From NCBI GenBank assembly GCA_044892525.1, contig CM097885.1:248682001-248746000 (forward strand): DNA of 64,000 nucleotides. The letters are read 5' to 3'. Positions within the stretch are counted from its first letter, which is position 1. Each line of letters starts with the position of its first letter. Positions 1 to 15,079 of this stretch are shown here, piece by piece. This stretch comes from Schmidtea polychroa (Eukaryota). A program made the position numbers and the translations under genes. Under the pieces are notes generated by a model. The model ran no database searches. It worked only from the letters and a program-made list of their open reading frames with translations, and was not told the DNA's origin.

Positions 1-1377
1 TGGAAAAAATGTTGGTCTGGTGAAGTTGATGAATAATAAAATTAAAGAAAAACATCCTAACCATGCACTTTACCTCTCCACTGTGTCATCCATCAGGAAA
101 GTCTGTGTAAAGCTGCATTGCATATTAAGCATGTTATTGATCCAGTTGTCAGTGTGATAAAACTCATCAGAGCCAGGGCACTTAATCACAGGCAGTTTCA
201 GACACTGCTTAAAGATTTGGAAACTGAGCATTCTGACGTTATCTACCACAGCAGTGTCCGCTGGCTAAGCCTAGGCAAGATATTAAGGCGAGTGTGGGAT
301 CTCAAGGAAAAAATAGTTATGTTCTTGGAGATGAAGGGGGTTGTTTGTGACTTTGGCACTAACATTGTTAACGAAGAGTGGAAGTCAGACTTCATGTTTG
401 CCATTGACATTGTGGAAAAGTTGAATGAGCTGAATGTTAAACTTCAGGGCAATAGCTTGTTTGCACATGAAATGTATGTACATGTTAAATCATTTCAGGC
501 AAAACTCTCCCTGTTCTCTAGGCAAGCTGGTGAAAACAGGTTTTGCAATTTCCCTTTGCTGAATCAGAATACCATTTCTGGTCAAATGGCTGACAAGTAC
601 AAGGCTCAGTTGGATGCCTTGGTTGTGGAGTTTGAAAGGAGGTTCCAAGACTTCAAAACCCTAGAACCACTCTTCAATATCCTCAGTTCGCCATTTAGTG
701 CAGAAGCTGATTCAGCCCCAGAGGATATACAGTTAGAACTGCTTGACTTACAAGGAGACCTGAAGGAGAAGTTCAAGTCAGTTCTTATGGATGTTTGTTA
801 GCAGCAGTTTTTCCGCAGCTAAAACACTTTGCTGCCAAGCTTTTGTCACTATTTGGGTCCACATACATTTGTGAGCAAGCGTTTTCTTGTATGAAAATAA
901 ATAAGTCTAAGAACAGATCGATGTTGACTGACTGCAATTTAAATACAGTTATGCGAATCACAACCAGTAAACTGGTTCCACAGTTCAAGAAAATTATTCA
1001 AAATTGTGAACAGTTTCATACTTCTCATTAATTATATTTGTACATTGTGGTCGGCTTGTATGTAAATTAAGTTTCTTTGTCTTCATAATTATTATGACGT
1101 GTAACAATAAACTTTTGTTGGAATAATTATGAATAGTAAAATCTTATTCCCAAATTAGCAATTCGTTTAGTTCCTATTTGAAAATGTAATATGCATTTGT
1201 AATAGAGTGGGAATGTGAAATAAACTGACAAATACATGACTATTCTCATCAATTCATATTTTCATAAGTTGTAAAAATTGTAACTAAAGTAAAGTAGTAG
1301 ACAAAATATATATGCGGCCCCCGATAACAATCAAGTTTTCTATGTGGCCCTTTATAGAAAAAGTTTGCCCACCCCTG
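1..1377 (+). mobile_element. hAT (SPIN/Buster, GTF2IRD2-like) transposon, 3' part, frameshifted transposase
   Basis: ORF 118-801 has HRQF...VRWLSLG, DIVEKLNELNVKLQG and EFERRFQDF. ORF 795-1031 has the hAT dimerisation motif LFGSTYICEQAFSCMK, in another frame. The element ends in a TIR-like TTTGCCCACCCCTG at 1364-1377 after GCGGCCC/GTGGCCC subterminal motifs. Confidence 0.9.
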
Positions 1378-1631
1378 TCCTATATGATTCTGTATAAAAC
1401 AAGCAAAAGTATAAAACAACTATTGAGTAGATCAGTGGAAAAATCGAAAATATTGAAATGCGATAATGAATCGATAATTTAAATGTTTCTTTGTTTTTGG
1501 TTCGGCAAATTTTGAACCCGTCCCCAAAAATGAATAATTTTCATGATAATACAACTTGATACAATTGTTTTAATGGACTTTAATTGTAATTGTGCCATCA
1601 TATATTTTATACAACTAATAAATTCATTCAG

Positions 1632-4600
1632 TTGTAAGTTAGATGTTCGAACAAGAGGATTAACAGTGTTTTTTGAAATTATCAAAAGTTATGGTACTCG
1701 TTTTAAATCGCGTTGGTGGCGTGATACATTCAGTGTGGTGTTTCGAGTCTTTCAACACGTACCCTCAGGCAAGGATAATACTAATATAAGCTTTGGAATA
1801 CCTAAGTTTACAGCAGCTAACGACCGTAGTGAATGGCTCAATACGACTTGTAATCATACACTCTATGCAGTTGTGGACGTGTTTTCTCAGTACTATGAAA
1901 CTTTACATATGGTTCTTTTAGGTAATTTACGTAATTATTTAAAAAATTCATTAATGAACTTTTGAAATTATTGTAAAAATATTTAAATTACCTTAAAAAA
2001 CTACCAGGACTCTTAAAATTATAGTAAATATAAAATACAAGGAAAATAGTAAGAATAAAACTTGAAAAAATTAAATCATTAATTAGTAAAATATAAAAAA
2101 AATAAAATCTTATTGAGAACAAAATCTTAAATCATTAAAAAAAATTATTATTAATATATATTAATTACACAAACAAAAGAAAATCACCAAATTATTTAGC
2201 TGAAAGATGTTGAAGAATAGATAGAAATATCATCATAATAGATTAATTAGTGTTTTGTAAATAGAAAGAGATATTTATAATTGGAATCTCACAATGTTAT
2301 GCGCCTTTGGAAATGAATAAAAGATTAAGGAATAATATGTTGAAGATAAAAATTTAGTGAATAGAAAAAGAATTATTGACAAGAGATAAATAATCAAATT
2401 TAATCAAAATTAAAATGAAATATATCGATCTTCATAAAATATACACTTTTCAGATTATTCTGGCCATTGGTATTGATGGGCACCGGGATTTTGAAATAAT
2501 TGGGAAATCAATTAATAATTGTGAAATCAATAAATATTAATAAATCTCTCGGAATCATTATTATTAATCAATCATTACTAAATCAATTAATAATTGTGAA
2601 ATCAATAAATATTAATAAATCTCTTGGAATAATTATTATTAATCAATCATTACTAAATCAATTAATAATTGTGAAATCAATAAATATTAATAAATCTCTC
2701 GGAATCATTATTAATAATCAATCATTAATAAATCAATAAATAATTGTGAAATCAATAAATATTAATAAATCTCTCGGAATCATTATTATTAATCAATCAT
2801 TACTAAATCAATAAATAATTGTGAAATCAATAAATATTAATAAATCTCTCGGAATCATTATTATTAATCAATCATTACTAAATCAATAAATAATTGTGAA
2901 ATCAATAAATATTAATAAATCTCTCGGAATCATTATTATTAATCAATCATTACTAAATCAATAAATAATTGTGAAATCAATAAATATTAATAAATCTCTT
3001 GGAATAATTATTAATCAATCATTATTAATTCAATAAATATTAAAAAAATCTCCTGGAAGTTTATCTAATATTAAGAATAACTTTATAACTTATAAAATAA
3101 CTGTTACAAAACTATTTATAAGCGAGAATCATTTGAACTGAATATAAACTGAATATAAATTTCAAATAAATAGCTGTCAATTTCCTTTGACTCAATTCCA
3201 TTATACAGAGCAAAACGCGAAATTTCAACAGAAAATCGATTATTTCTTGTCCCAAATGAAGGAACAGGAAATAAAAATTAAAATTGATCAATGATGAAAA
3301 TAAATAAATCTTTAAATTTTTAATCGAAAATATTGAATCATTTGGAAATTGAGAAAAACTTCATTGACTAAATAAATTATCCTTCTAAGCCAGAGATTCA
3401 CAAATCAGGAATCGTGAAATAAAAATATTGAGAAGATTTTATGAGAAAAACCCAACACTTATCAAAAGCATTTATTAATCATAATTATTAACAACACATT
3501 TCTAAGAGCACAGTTATTTTAAAATAACTATTTAAAATCCCATTTTTTTAATGTGATGGATGAGTTTGGTTTTCATTTAAAAGATTGATCATGTTTTCAA
3601 GTGACATGAGGCGTTTACTCTATTTAGTTCTAATGTGGCTTAGATGAAAAGGCTTTCCACATAGGTAATGGATTAATATTGTCAAGGTTTCTGTGACTAA
3701 ATTTGTGTATTCACTGTGACAAGGTAGCCAAAACTTACCTAAATCGTGCAGTGGAAACTGAAGATGTAATGATTAAGCTAATAATTCAATGATTCGATTA
3801 TATTTTTCAACTGATAGTCACACAATGTATAAAATTCAATTATTTCTTTAAATGTTTGCTCTTATAGTTAGCACCTTGATACTGCATTTAACAAAATATA
3901 TCTGCTAAACAAATCCATAATTGCTAATATATATTTCTTACCATTGATGGTATTATTAAATGATCCGAGAAAATCTATTAAAAACCGTTTTGAATAACGT
4001 TGTAATTTTATGTTTTATTATCCTCTCTTTGGTGCGTGTTGTTTTTTTGTTTTTGTTTTTTGGCTGTTTTCACAACTTTGAATCACCTTTTCAAAATGCT
4101 CGTTTCTATATCATATCAAAATGAGAAAATGTATAATTATTAAATATTCTTTATTCCTGCATGTATAATTTATAAATTCTTGACGGTTTTGCTTTGGGAT
4201 CCATATTTTATTGTTTTTATTACTTCTTGCATAATTTCGAACTTTTTTTTTCATTTCTGTTTTATTTCCAATTCGGTTGTATATTATAATTAATTTCTGC
4301 TGAATTTTCTTGCCATTTCTCATCATTAATGTCAGTATTCTTATTATCACTCTCCCTTTCTTTGAATCATCATGTATTTTCTGACATGGAACTCAGGTGT
4401 GATAATCTTTTCGAGGCATTGCATCGGTGTTTCAATGTAACCCACATTTTTCTGTATTTCAGTTCCATGTCTAAGCTGCTTAGGTGATTAATTCATGTCT
4501 GAAATTGTGGCACCCAATCGTTCTAGGCTAAAGTATTATTTAAATCATTTGCAAAATTGACCAGTTTCACAAATGATGTATGCACTTGTAATTTTCTTCA

Positions 4601-7600
4601 TTTCTTTTTTCATTATCTAAAATATCAAATAAAACTTGGATATTTCAATAATATATTTTCATATTCTGAGCTATATCAACTTAGTGCTATTTAATATATA
4701 ATATAATAAATTTAGTATATACATATATTTAAATTGCTAGATTCATCTCACATGCATATTTATAAATTATATTTAAATATAATAAAATCTGGAGAAATGA
4801 TATATAATTTTGTAAAGTAAAATGACAATGTCCACGTTTTGAAATTAAAAATTTTATTATTTTTTCTCAATCAAAATAGAATTTAAAAACATTGATAAGA
4901 TATTTTTAATAAAAATATCATTAAGTTCATTTCATAGAAATATGTGACTTTTTATGGTTATTTAAGTTTCCCTGATTTCTTTTCATAGATCATAATCATT
5001 ATAATTGGACATCAAGTATTTTAATTATACACATCATTTTTACTGATTATAGTTTATAAATTCATTTCTTGGAATTTTCTTTTCTCAAATTATAAATAAA
5101 AAACAGAGTTATCCAAAGGAGATTCCATGATCTGGGGTAAGGGGTTTCTTGTAAAATATCAATAATGAAATTTATTTATTTTTATTCTTATTCATACATT
5201 AACACTATTTAACGTTTGAATTTAATTTAACTTCTTGGTGATGCTTACTATAAACATTTTCGAATTTAATGAAACCGATCATATGGTTCCTTCTATTGCT
5301 TGGGATATCTCTATAATGCGAAAATATATAAATGGATTGAATGACATCTTTAGTGCTGAAAGAAATAATCTGTAAAGAATTTTTACGAACAAGAATCGTT
5401 ATTATTATTACGATGGTCCTGTGTCAAGATCTAATAATTACTTAATAGGCTTCGGGAAAATGTCATCGAAAAGGTTGGTTTTACAGTCAAATTGTAGCTG
5501 CTAATTCCAAGTGAACGTTTAATATCTCACAACAACCGGACTCGATATTTATCCAGTATGCTCATAGCACGCTTCTTATTTTTTTTCTTTTTAGAGATTT
5601 TTTTTGTCAAATTGAAAAGGCAAATATAAAACTTTGAAATTATAACACTAAAAATATTAATAATTTTTATCATATTCTAAGGATAAAAAACTTTATTTTA
5701 TTCAGTGTGATTTTTCAGAAATAACATTTTTTCTTTGCAAAATAATTCAATCAGTATTTGTTGACATTAATTGCGATATTTGACAAGTTTCCCCCATAAT
5801 CATAGTTGGTTTTATATAATATAAATTCTTTAACTTATAGAGGAAATTGGCTAGATTAAAAATTATATAATCTCCCTAATATTTACAAATTGTAAATTAA
5901 AAGTTTAGACCAAAATTTATTTTATATTAATTGATATTGGTTTATAACGTTTCCCACCTGTAGCACTCACTTAGTTAATTAATTCCTTATATTTCTCGAA
6001 TCTTTAATTCTTGAGCAAAGGATATTTATTTATAATTATTTTGAAAGGATTGAATATAAATTGAAATGAAAATTATATAATTTCTGAATGAATAGTGCTA
6101 TAATCAATAATTGTCTGGACAATTTAATACAAAAAAATCAATATTTTTGTTAATTCAAAAATAAAAATTTTCGCAATTATTAATTTCAAATTTAATTTTG
6201 TATTTACATTATAAAATTTATAGTATAAATAATTGTGTTTACTACTGTTTATGATGCATTAGAAAATTTACCACAATATTTTACAGAATGAAATTTAACC
6301 ATTTTGTTGATTGACCGTTTTGATGACAATTATATTTGTTTTGATGAAATTTAGTATTTATTTAATGTTTTTTATAAATGTAACATTTGGCTCTGTTGAA
6401 TGTATAGAGCAGTGTTGTCCAAACCTTTTTTGAGCTACGGAACACTTGGCTGAATTAAAAATTTTCGCGGCACACCTAAATTGTTTTTGCTTTATTTGCA
6501 ATTTTTTATTGCACTTTTACTAATCTTTTAATAAGAAATGAAAAACTTATAAACTAAAAAATATTATTATTTAATATTTAAGATTCTAAATAAACATAAT
6601 TAAGCTGCTTACGTATTTTAGATAAACAAATAAGTTTCGCAATTAATTGACTGATTAACATTAAAATTTGAAATAACTGTTAAAATATCCACAATTCAAT
6701 TTCCTTTTATTAAGTTGTTTGGAAAAACAGGGTTTTTTGACTTTTTTAAAAAAAATTTCACGGCGCACCTGGGCACCCGCCACGGCACACAGTTTGGACA
6801 ACACTGGTATAGAGTTTGACTATAGCAATTGTCACTAACTTTGATTTGGCACATGCTATATGGCGATTGATAAATCATAAAATAATGCAAGCCGTTATAC
6901 TAAAATAGGCAATATTGATGAAATGTATTATTAAGTATTTGAATTGTAAATTTTCCAGAAAATTTTTATTAAATAAATATATTAAAAAATATATGAAAAA
7001 ATGAAATTGAAAATGAAAAACGATAGTTGTAAAAGAGATAAAAATAATTGAAAAATATATTTTGTCACATAGTTCTGTTTTATTATCGAAAGAGTAAAAC
7101 AATGTTCATACTAAAAGAACAATTTATTTTGTCGTTAAGAAGTTGTTCTCAATGTCTGAGTTCTATGATGTTTGTATTATTTAAGGGAGAAAATATGATT
7201 TATTGAATCAACTCTTACGAAAATGTATTTTCTTTTCTGAAAAATTGAGCAGTAGTTTGAGTAGTAGTCTAAATTAATGTTGAGACAGCTGTTATCATTT
7301 TTTTTAAAATTATTTGATTCAAATTTAATTACTAAATAAACTTCAGTACACATTTTCCAACAACATTCATTTTCCGAGCTCATATCATTCTTGTATTAAT
7401 AAATTATGTAAGACGGAAATCTATTCCATCTTACCAATAGGAGCCATATAAAATCAAAACTAGCCCGCCATTAGAAATTGCATCAAAAATCATATGAAAA
7501 ATAATTATAATATTAATATAATATATAATAATAACATCTCCCGCGTGTGTTAATAACTTTAAAACTAATAATGATAATAATGATATCTATATATCATTTT

Positions 7601-10502
7601 AAAGGTCTTGCACCGGGTTTTAAAATAAGCCGTCGTTCAATGACATTGGTTGATAGGAACACTAACTTTTTTAAAAAAAATATTTTTTTTGGGGGAGGGG
7701 TAGGGTGGTATGTCTTTGTGCTCACGGCGACCAATCCATCTACTTAAATTAAATAAAACATTTAATATTTCAACACCTCCCGGAGAACACGTGATTCAAC
7801 TTTATTTTAAATTTTTTTTATTAAAAGTTTTCTGGGTACAGCTAAAATATGTTAAAATGTAAGTTTTTATTTCCTTGAAATAAGACAAAACTATCGGCAT
7901 CTCCCTTTTAAAATAAATAATTTACTTCAATATATCGAAACTATTAAAATTGATAAATGTTGACAAAGGTAAAATCATAGAATTTGTCCAATAAAAAATT
8001 TCACGATAATCAATTCTGTTATATTTTAAAAAATAAAAAAGGAATGACGACTTTTTTATTCAAATTTTTTCTTTACCGACTTTAGACGATTTACTTATCA
8101 AATTGAAATGGTGCTGTCTCCAAGATTACGAACAATTAGCTCGTTCTGGTACAAGTTGCCTCGAAACATTAATCATTTCAAACGGCCAAAAGTTTTCTCC
8201 AGAAATATGGGAAAAGTCATGTTCTCTTTTGATAGAAGTCTTTGATTTATCGACTCCAAAGCAACTGTTAACATGGAAACCGATTTCACAAAAAGACCGA
8301 ATCGTAATAGTTTGATAAAAGAAAATGTGAATTCCATTTCATTTTTAGGAAAATGATGATTCTAGCAAACATACTGAGAATAGAGTACAAACTTTCGCAT
8401 CACTCTTGGTGAAATGCGTAGTCCAGTTTGAATTGATACAAGCCATTAACAATATCGTTTTCTATCCAGCTGCTAGTAAAAAAGAAGACGCAGAATTATG
8501 GAAAAAAGCTAGTCAATTGGCATCTACGTGTACTTGGATGGAACAATCACATGATAGTGTTGAAAGAAAACGATCAAATGATTTTCGTGGTACTTCTGAA
8601 CCACCACAGAGAAATGTTCCTGAAGCTGATAGTAGATATTTTGCTCTATCAATAAGATTTTATATTTTAAATAAGCTTCATCACTTGATACAAGAATGCA
8701 CCCGATGCGATCAGAATCATCTCTCAGTATTACTAACGAATCTATTGATGAACATCTCAACCATTGGGGACTTGAAATTCCAAAGGAAGGCCTTTATATG
8801 TATCTCACTCCATGTCAGTTGTTTAAATTAGTTGAATGCCTTTTGGAATCTCACGAATTTGCTAAGCAGTTCAATTCAGATCAAGAGCAAAGAAATTTAC
8901 TATGGAAAGCTGGTTAGTTTTATTTTAATTTTATACTTAATTATTTATATATATTATTAATTATTATTTATTTATTATTAATTATATTAATGATTTTTAT
9001 TATTAATTATTATTGATTATAATTATTAATTATTATTGATTATTAATTTTTTAACTTTTGCTATAATTTATTATTTAATACTATTGATTATTAATAATAT
9101 TTTTAATTTGTTTTTAATATTCAAACAACTGAGTCATTTGTAAATTTTGACAACAATACAAATATTGGCCAATACATTTTACTTGATGCATGGGACAATG
9201 GATAATTGAGTGCGAGTCTATAAGCATAAATAAAGATGAACATCAATATTTTGTAAAATATTGATTGACAGTCTTAAACAGAAAATTGAAAAAATATCAA
9301 GATAAAAGATATTTCTGATAAAGAAATTGGAAACTTCATTAATTTTGAAATAATTTTGTATAATTGATTAAATTCGAAAGATCGAGAATAAATATGATAA
9401 TGAATAAAATTGATTGAAATTTAATTATATAAATCAATCTAAAATATATCATTTAGTTATCGACTATAGATCAATATTTTCTATTTAACAAATGTTTGAC
9501 ATTATATTTTGAAATTGTTATATTTGACATTGATTTATAATCGAAAACTAATTGAAGATTAATGAAATTGTAAATGAAAATAGATGAGATTTATCAGTAA
9601 AATCCTTTACTCGTTTGTCAACTTTGATCTGTTTTCTTTTTATCATTCATTTATTTCCAAAAACTTATTACATTATTATAATGAAAGTAGTTGAAAGATC
9701 AGATATATAATTTTTTCGTAACCCCGTTCTATTTCACTGAAAAACGCTAAACAATACAAGTCCTCACAAAGTATTTACCCATAATGTTAAAAGTGCTAAA
9801 CTCATTCCGGGTCATAGTTATGATGGATAAATGACCGATGCATTTTACTCTCTGGAGCAAACAAAATGGCGTCTTATAAATGGATATTTAATTTCTCCTT
9901 CTCTTGCGATGAAAATAATGGCGAAATTAATGATAAAAAACACTACGCAAATTACATGACGCTATTGAACTCGGGATTTGAGAGAAATTTTGTGATGTGA
10001 TATCCAATGACAATGTTTTTACAATTAACGTTTCATTAAGGTTTTAAAGGCAAGGCAAAACCTAATTTGATGAAACAAGAAACTCACAGTTTATCACTTG
10101 CGATCCGCATTTTATTTAAGCTCTCAGATGATAGCCGAGTTACTGTGACGTCAGAGTTAACCACTGAAGTAGAATTATTTATCTCGAGTTTTTCTAAAAA
10201 AACAAATTTCCTTATTCCAGGTCGTAGAAAACAAACTAATCTCGACTGTCAATGAATGTCTTCGTTATTTTCGTAATTTAAATACGGAAAATCACAGAGA
10301 ATCGTGGAATCCGATAATCGTATTGATTCTTTCACGTTTCTTTGATGTCAATCTATCTGAAAATCGTTTCAAAGTTTATGCCAAACATTTCTATTCAAAT
10401 CTATGTGATTTTGTCACTTTGACTTCTTTACCCATACAAATTCGGGCATTGTATAGAGGGTTTCTTATTCGATTTGGAAACTTATTTATACATGATCAAT
10501 AA
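1632..10502 (+). CDS. ARFGEF1: Brefeldin A-inhibited Sec7 ARF-GEF (BIG1/BIG2 family), 3' exons only; the 5' part is upstream of the window
   Basis: GT-AG exons with consistent phase: 1632-1921, 8086-8303, 8349-8631, 8676-8912, 10041-10168, 10221-10502 (TAA). Peptides [89 protein letters not shown] and HRESWNP match the BIG1/2 C-terminal half. BIG1 versus BIG2 orthology cannot be resolved here. Confidence 0.93.
2506..3050. repeat. 75-bp tandem repeat (minisatellite), about 7 copies
   Basis: Unit AATCAATTAATAATTGTGAAATCAATAAATATTAATAAATCTCTCGGAATCATTATTATTAATCAATCATTACTA recurs every 75 bp, inside a BIG intron. Confidence 0.92.
6410..6806. mobile_element. hAT-family MITE (397 bp)
   Basis: TIRs CAGTGTTGTCCAAAC / GTTTGGACAACACTG, with a perfect 8-bp target site duplication (TSD) GTATAGAG at 6402-6409 and 6807-6814. 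Confidence 0.95.
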
Positions 10503-10616
10503 CCGTTTCTCGAGATCCTTCTGATGTCGCAGCCTGTTGATCTAGTGCTTTATTGTACATTCCAAAGTAAGATCACAAAATATATCATGTTTTATTTTAG
10601 AAATTATGCAAAAATA

Positions 10617-11040
10617 TTGATTTTCTTAAGGAAATTTATTGGTACAATTTATGGTATGTGAGTAATTGTCACTATTAGATGGAAATTATTAATTAATCTT
10701 TAATTAAAAAAATAAAAAATGTTGAAAATGTTCTATTTAAAAATTTAAATAAAATAAAATTAATAAAAAATTTTAAAAAATAAATTTAAATCAATAATTT
10801 TGAGCAAAAAATAAAAATTTATTTATTAAATACGAAATTGATTTTCTTAAGGAAATTTATTGGTACAATTTATGGCATGCCAGTAATTGTCATTATAAGA
10901 TGGAAATTATTATTTAATCTTTAATTAAAAAAATGTTGAAAAAATTTAAGTAAAAATAAAATAATAAAAAACGTTTAAAATAATTCTAAAATTTGTAAAT
11001 CAATAATTTTGAGTAAAAAATAAAGAAAATTTATTTATTA
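10617..11040. repeat. Direct tandem duplication of about 221 bp downstream of the BIG stop codon
   Basis: TTGATTTTCTTAAGGAAATTTATTGGTACAATTTATGG occurs at 10617 and 10838, with collinear similar sequence following each. Confidence 0.8.
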
Positions 11041-11359
11041 TTTTATTTTAATTAATAAATGTAATAACAATAATTTTAAGGTTTAAAATTAATTTTATAG
11101 ATTACAAAATTTAAGTAAAAAGTGAAATTTTTATAATTGATTATTTATTATATTAAAAATTAATTTTATAAAAATTTCTAGATTTAATAAGTAAAAATTA
11201 AGATATTATACTTTATTATTATAAAAAATAAAAAAATATTTAAAATACATTAAAATTTTTATTTTAAAATACAAAACACATTTAAAATAAAATTTTAAAG
11301 TGTAGCAGTAATTTCATGTAGAAAATATATTATTTATAATCATTTATTATTATAAATAT

Positions 11360-12101
11360 NNNNNNNNNNNNNNNNNNNNNNNNNNNNNNNNNNNNNNNNN
11401 NNNNNNNNNNNNNNNNNNNNNNNNNNNNNNNNNNNNNNNNNNNNNNNNNNNNNNNNNNNNNNNNNNNNNNNNNNNNNNNNNNNNNNNNNNNNNNNNNNNN
11501 NNNNNNNNNNNNNNNNNNNNNNNNNNNNNNNNNNNNNNNNNNNNNNNNNNNNNNNNNNNNNNNNNNNNNNNNNNNNNNNNNNNNNNNNNNNNNNNNNNNN
11601 NNNNNNNNNNNNNNNNNNNNNNNNNNNNNNNNNNNNNNNNNNNNNNNNNNNNNNNNNNNNNNNNNNNNNNNNNNNNNNNNNNNNNNNNNNNNNNNNNNNN
11701 NNNNNNNNNNNNNNNNNNNNNNNNNNNNNNNNNNNNNNNNNNNNNNNNNNNNNNNNNNNNNNNNNNNNNNNNNNNNNNNNNNNNNNNNNNNNNNNNNNNN
11801 NNNNNNNNNNNNNNNNNNNNNNNNNNNNNNNNNNNNNNNNNNNNNNNNNNNNNNNNNNNNNNNNNNNNNNNNNNNNNNNNNNNNNNNNNNNNNNNNNNNN
11901 NNNNNNNNNNNNNNNNNNNNNNNNNNNNNNNNNNNNNNNNNNNNNNNNNNNNNNNNNNNNNNNNNNNNNNNNNNNNNNNNNNNNNNNNNNNNNNNNNNNN
12001 NNNNNNNNNNNNNNNNNNNNNNNNNNNNNNNNNNNNNNNNNNNNNNNNNNNNNNNNNNNNNNNNNNNNNNNNNNNNNNNNNNNNNNNNNNNNNNNNNNNN
12101 N
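11360..12101. other. Assembly gap
   Basis: Run of N. Confidence 1.
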
Positions 12102-12863
12102 TTCTTTGAACGATTTCTCTCAACTTTAACATCAGCGACCAACTCTACTAACACAAATAATAATTCTGTAATATCATAATAAGTTTTACAAAGGAAAATC
12201 TATTCGTCAATATAACTTAAAATTACAGTAGTAATAAGGAAAATACATAAATCTTCAAGTAGCTGCTCGGATATGGAAAAAATTCAAAATTCTAAACCAA
12301 TACTCCTTCAATAACCGTAACACTTGGAACAACATTTTTTCCTTTTTTAGATAACATCAAGTAAAAAAGAAATCAAACAACTTTTCCACAACATAAAAGC
12401 TCTTATCACTGTTGCATCCTAATATGAAATGCCGTTCATCATTACTTGTCTTTCTTTTATTTAGTTTTCACTGAATATTGTTTATAAATTCACTTACATA
12501 ATATGTGACGTAACCTAGATTAGAAAAACGCATATGAATTTTCGGACTTGATGAATGCATTAAAAATAAAACCAACAATTACCAAAGGCATAAGATGATC
12601 TCAATTATCCAAGAAAACTAATTTAGAATACAAAATAGAGTTTTTGTTTCCATAAACTAAACCAAAACAATAAAATCTGAGCCCTTTAAAAGAATTATAG
12701 AAAATCGTAAGAAAAGAAGCTCTATAATTAATAATTAATAATTTCAAATAGTGAATTTTTTTCATAAAATTTCAGTTTCAAATTAAATTTTTATTTCATT
12801 TACAAATTTGTTTATTTTCATTCTTTTAGGTTATTGCGTAATAAAAAAAATATTGATATATAG

Positions 12864-13060
12864 CAGTGGTTCTCAAACTTTTTTGATCACGACCCAAATT
12901 TTTGACATTTCATGCCAAAAATTTTATTGCGACCCACATGACAAAGATTAATTTTAAAATAAATGTTTATTTAATGAGAATAACTCTATTTAACTCTAGT
13001 TATTCTAGTCATCGCGACCCACCAAAAATTCTTTCGCGACCCATAGTTTGAGAAACACTG
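12864..13060. mobile_element. hAT-family MITE (197 bp)
   Basis: TIRs CAGTGGTTCTCAAACT / AGTTTGAGAAACACTG, perfect 8-bp TSD ATATATAG, internal (C)GCGACCC repeats. Confidence 0.95.
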
Positions 13061-13246
13061 ATATATAGTGGGAAATAATGAAGATAAAGAAAAAAAGATA
13101 AAGATTGAAAATAAAAATTTGTTATTTATTTTAAATATTTTAAAAAACTAATTTTAAGAAATTTTCGACTTAATATGTTGCTGACAAATTGTAAGTAGAA
13201 TAGTAAAATTAATTATTTTTATATGTATGTAAGCATTTTATATATA

Positions 13247-13794
13247 CAGGGTGGCCCAAAAAAAATGGGAACACTAAATTTTTTAAATGAAATTAAAAAA
13301 ATATAAAGAAGAAAAGCAAATATTTTAAAATTTAAATCTAACTTTGCAATGCGTTGAATTGAAGATCGCGAAATACCAGTTTCTTTTTGTATTTCTCTAG
13401 GACTTTTATGGCTGTGTGGATTATCTTCTTGACTACAAATCATCTCATTAACAACCTCGATATTTTCTGTTGTTCTAATTGATCTTGGTCTTCCACTTCC
13501 ATGTTTACGATTTAAAGTCGTATTGTTGTCAATTTTTCTAATTAAGCGACTAACAGTGGATTTACTCCACAGCTTATTTGGAAATTCATTTAGTATTTTT
13601 CTTGCACCCCATCGCTTTTCTAGTCTTATAATTTTTATAAAAAATTTTATATCTTCAGGTGTAAGTTTTGTCATTAAGGATATTTTAAATATTTGAATTT
13701 ATCGAAAAATAGAATAAAAAATCTTAGTATTATTTTATCAATATTATCATTCTGCATTAATTCATCATTTTTTTAATTAAATAAAAATGTTCCC
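13247..13794 (-). mobile_element. Internally deleted Tc1/mariner element (DNA-binding N-terminus only)
   Basis: TA followed by CAGGGTGGCCC terminus at 13247. ORF 13219-13674 has a paired-like HTH (KHGSGRPRS...KSPREIQKETGISRSSIQRIAK). The inverted copy of the terminal sequence (ATGTTCCC) runs into the N gap. Confidence 0.8.
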
Positions 13795-13927
13795 NNNNNN
13801 NNNNNNNNNNNNNNNNNNNNNNNNNNNNNNNNNNNNNNNNNNNNNNNNNNNNNNNNNNNNNNNNNNNNNNNNNNNNNNNNNNNNNNNNNNNNNNNNNNNN
13901 NNNNNNNNNNNNNNNNNNNNNNNNNNN
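13795..13927. other. Assembly gap
   Basis: Run of N. Confidence 1.
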
Positions 13928-15079
13928 GTATTTCCAGGTTGAACAAATTATTTAGAAATTTTATCTATCTTGTCATGATTACTACCGCGGGTTATGCCAA
14001 TTTTAAATACCTTGCATAAGGGGGTACGGGGTATATATATGTGCGTGGGTTATATCAAACGGAGCACCTTTATCACATTCATTTGCAATTTGGAAGTCTG
14101 GTTCGAATCTCCGGCCATCACAGGAAGTATTGAACGTAATGTGGACTATGATACATATAGGACCTTTATTTAGCTATTCCATTGGCTACCATTTAAGCTA
14201 CATTTAAACGTTTAAGTAAAAAAAAGTTAAAGAAATGTTACAAATTTCAGTGTTTTTATATATTTAAAATAGTTTGCAAATAATAATAATAACAAATTAA
14301 AAGAAATTTCCATCTAATATGATGTTACTGACAAATTGTAAGTAGAATAGTAAAGCTACAAATCTATCTATATATAAAATAATTATTCTAGATCCGTGAT
14401 TATTATTTGATCATATCAGAATTTATGGCGTGATGAAAATCTGTGATTAATCTTTATTATTTGTTATTAATAAACATGAAATAATGAATTAGAAAGAAAT
14501 TACATTCATCACCTTAAAACGATTTTCTAGCACTTTGTTTTGCTATATAATATTATTACTATTATTGTTGCAATTATTAATGGTGATGATGGTAAGATTC
14601 CAATTTTTTGCAATTACTCATTTTTTAGGTTCAAATCCAAATGTCAGCACCTTGTAACATCAGTTATTATCAAAATTTTATATAAAAATTGTGTTGTTTC
14701 CATGTGTACTGTTATTGTGTTGAAGAAGTGCCTTGATTTAGTGTTGCATTATTACAGAATTGCATTGTGTTTGTTTGTATTTCCTATTCATAACTATTGG
14801 CCCCTTCTCTAGGCTGTGCGTATGTGCTCGAGCACACAGCCGGTAAATCTCATTCAGATTGGCCTCATACTCAATTGACAAATAAAAAACATATTATGTA
14901 TTTAAAAAATGTAAATAAAATAATTTAAAATTGTTGAGAATACCTAAAGCAGTGGTACTCAATTAATATAAAAGCGCGGAACACCATTCACATGATTTTT
15001 TTTACGCGGAACACTGACAAAAAATACTTGCCCACAATGAGTGACCAATCACAAATTACTATAAATCTGTCGTGAACGT

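Noticed and set aside
2500-2739. 79-aa ORF with a 25-aa repeat
   Set aside because: It is a translation of the 75-bp minisatellite.
2506-3050. CRISPR-like array
   Set aside because: The units are contiguous with no unique spacers, the context is eukaryotic, and there are no cas genes.
11330-12154. ORFs of 274 and 260 aa
   Set aside because: Artefacts of translating through the N gap.
14809-14850. Helitron 3' end (hairpin GGCTGTG...CACAGCC plus CTAG on the - strand)
   Set aside because: CTAG directly abuts the hairpin and is followed by A rather than T, and no 5' TC end or RepHel remnant was found.
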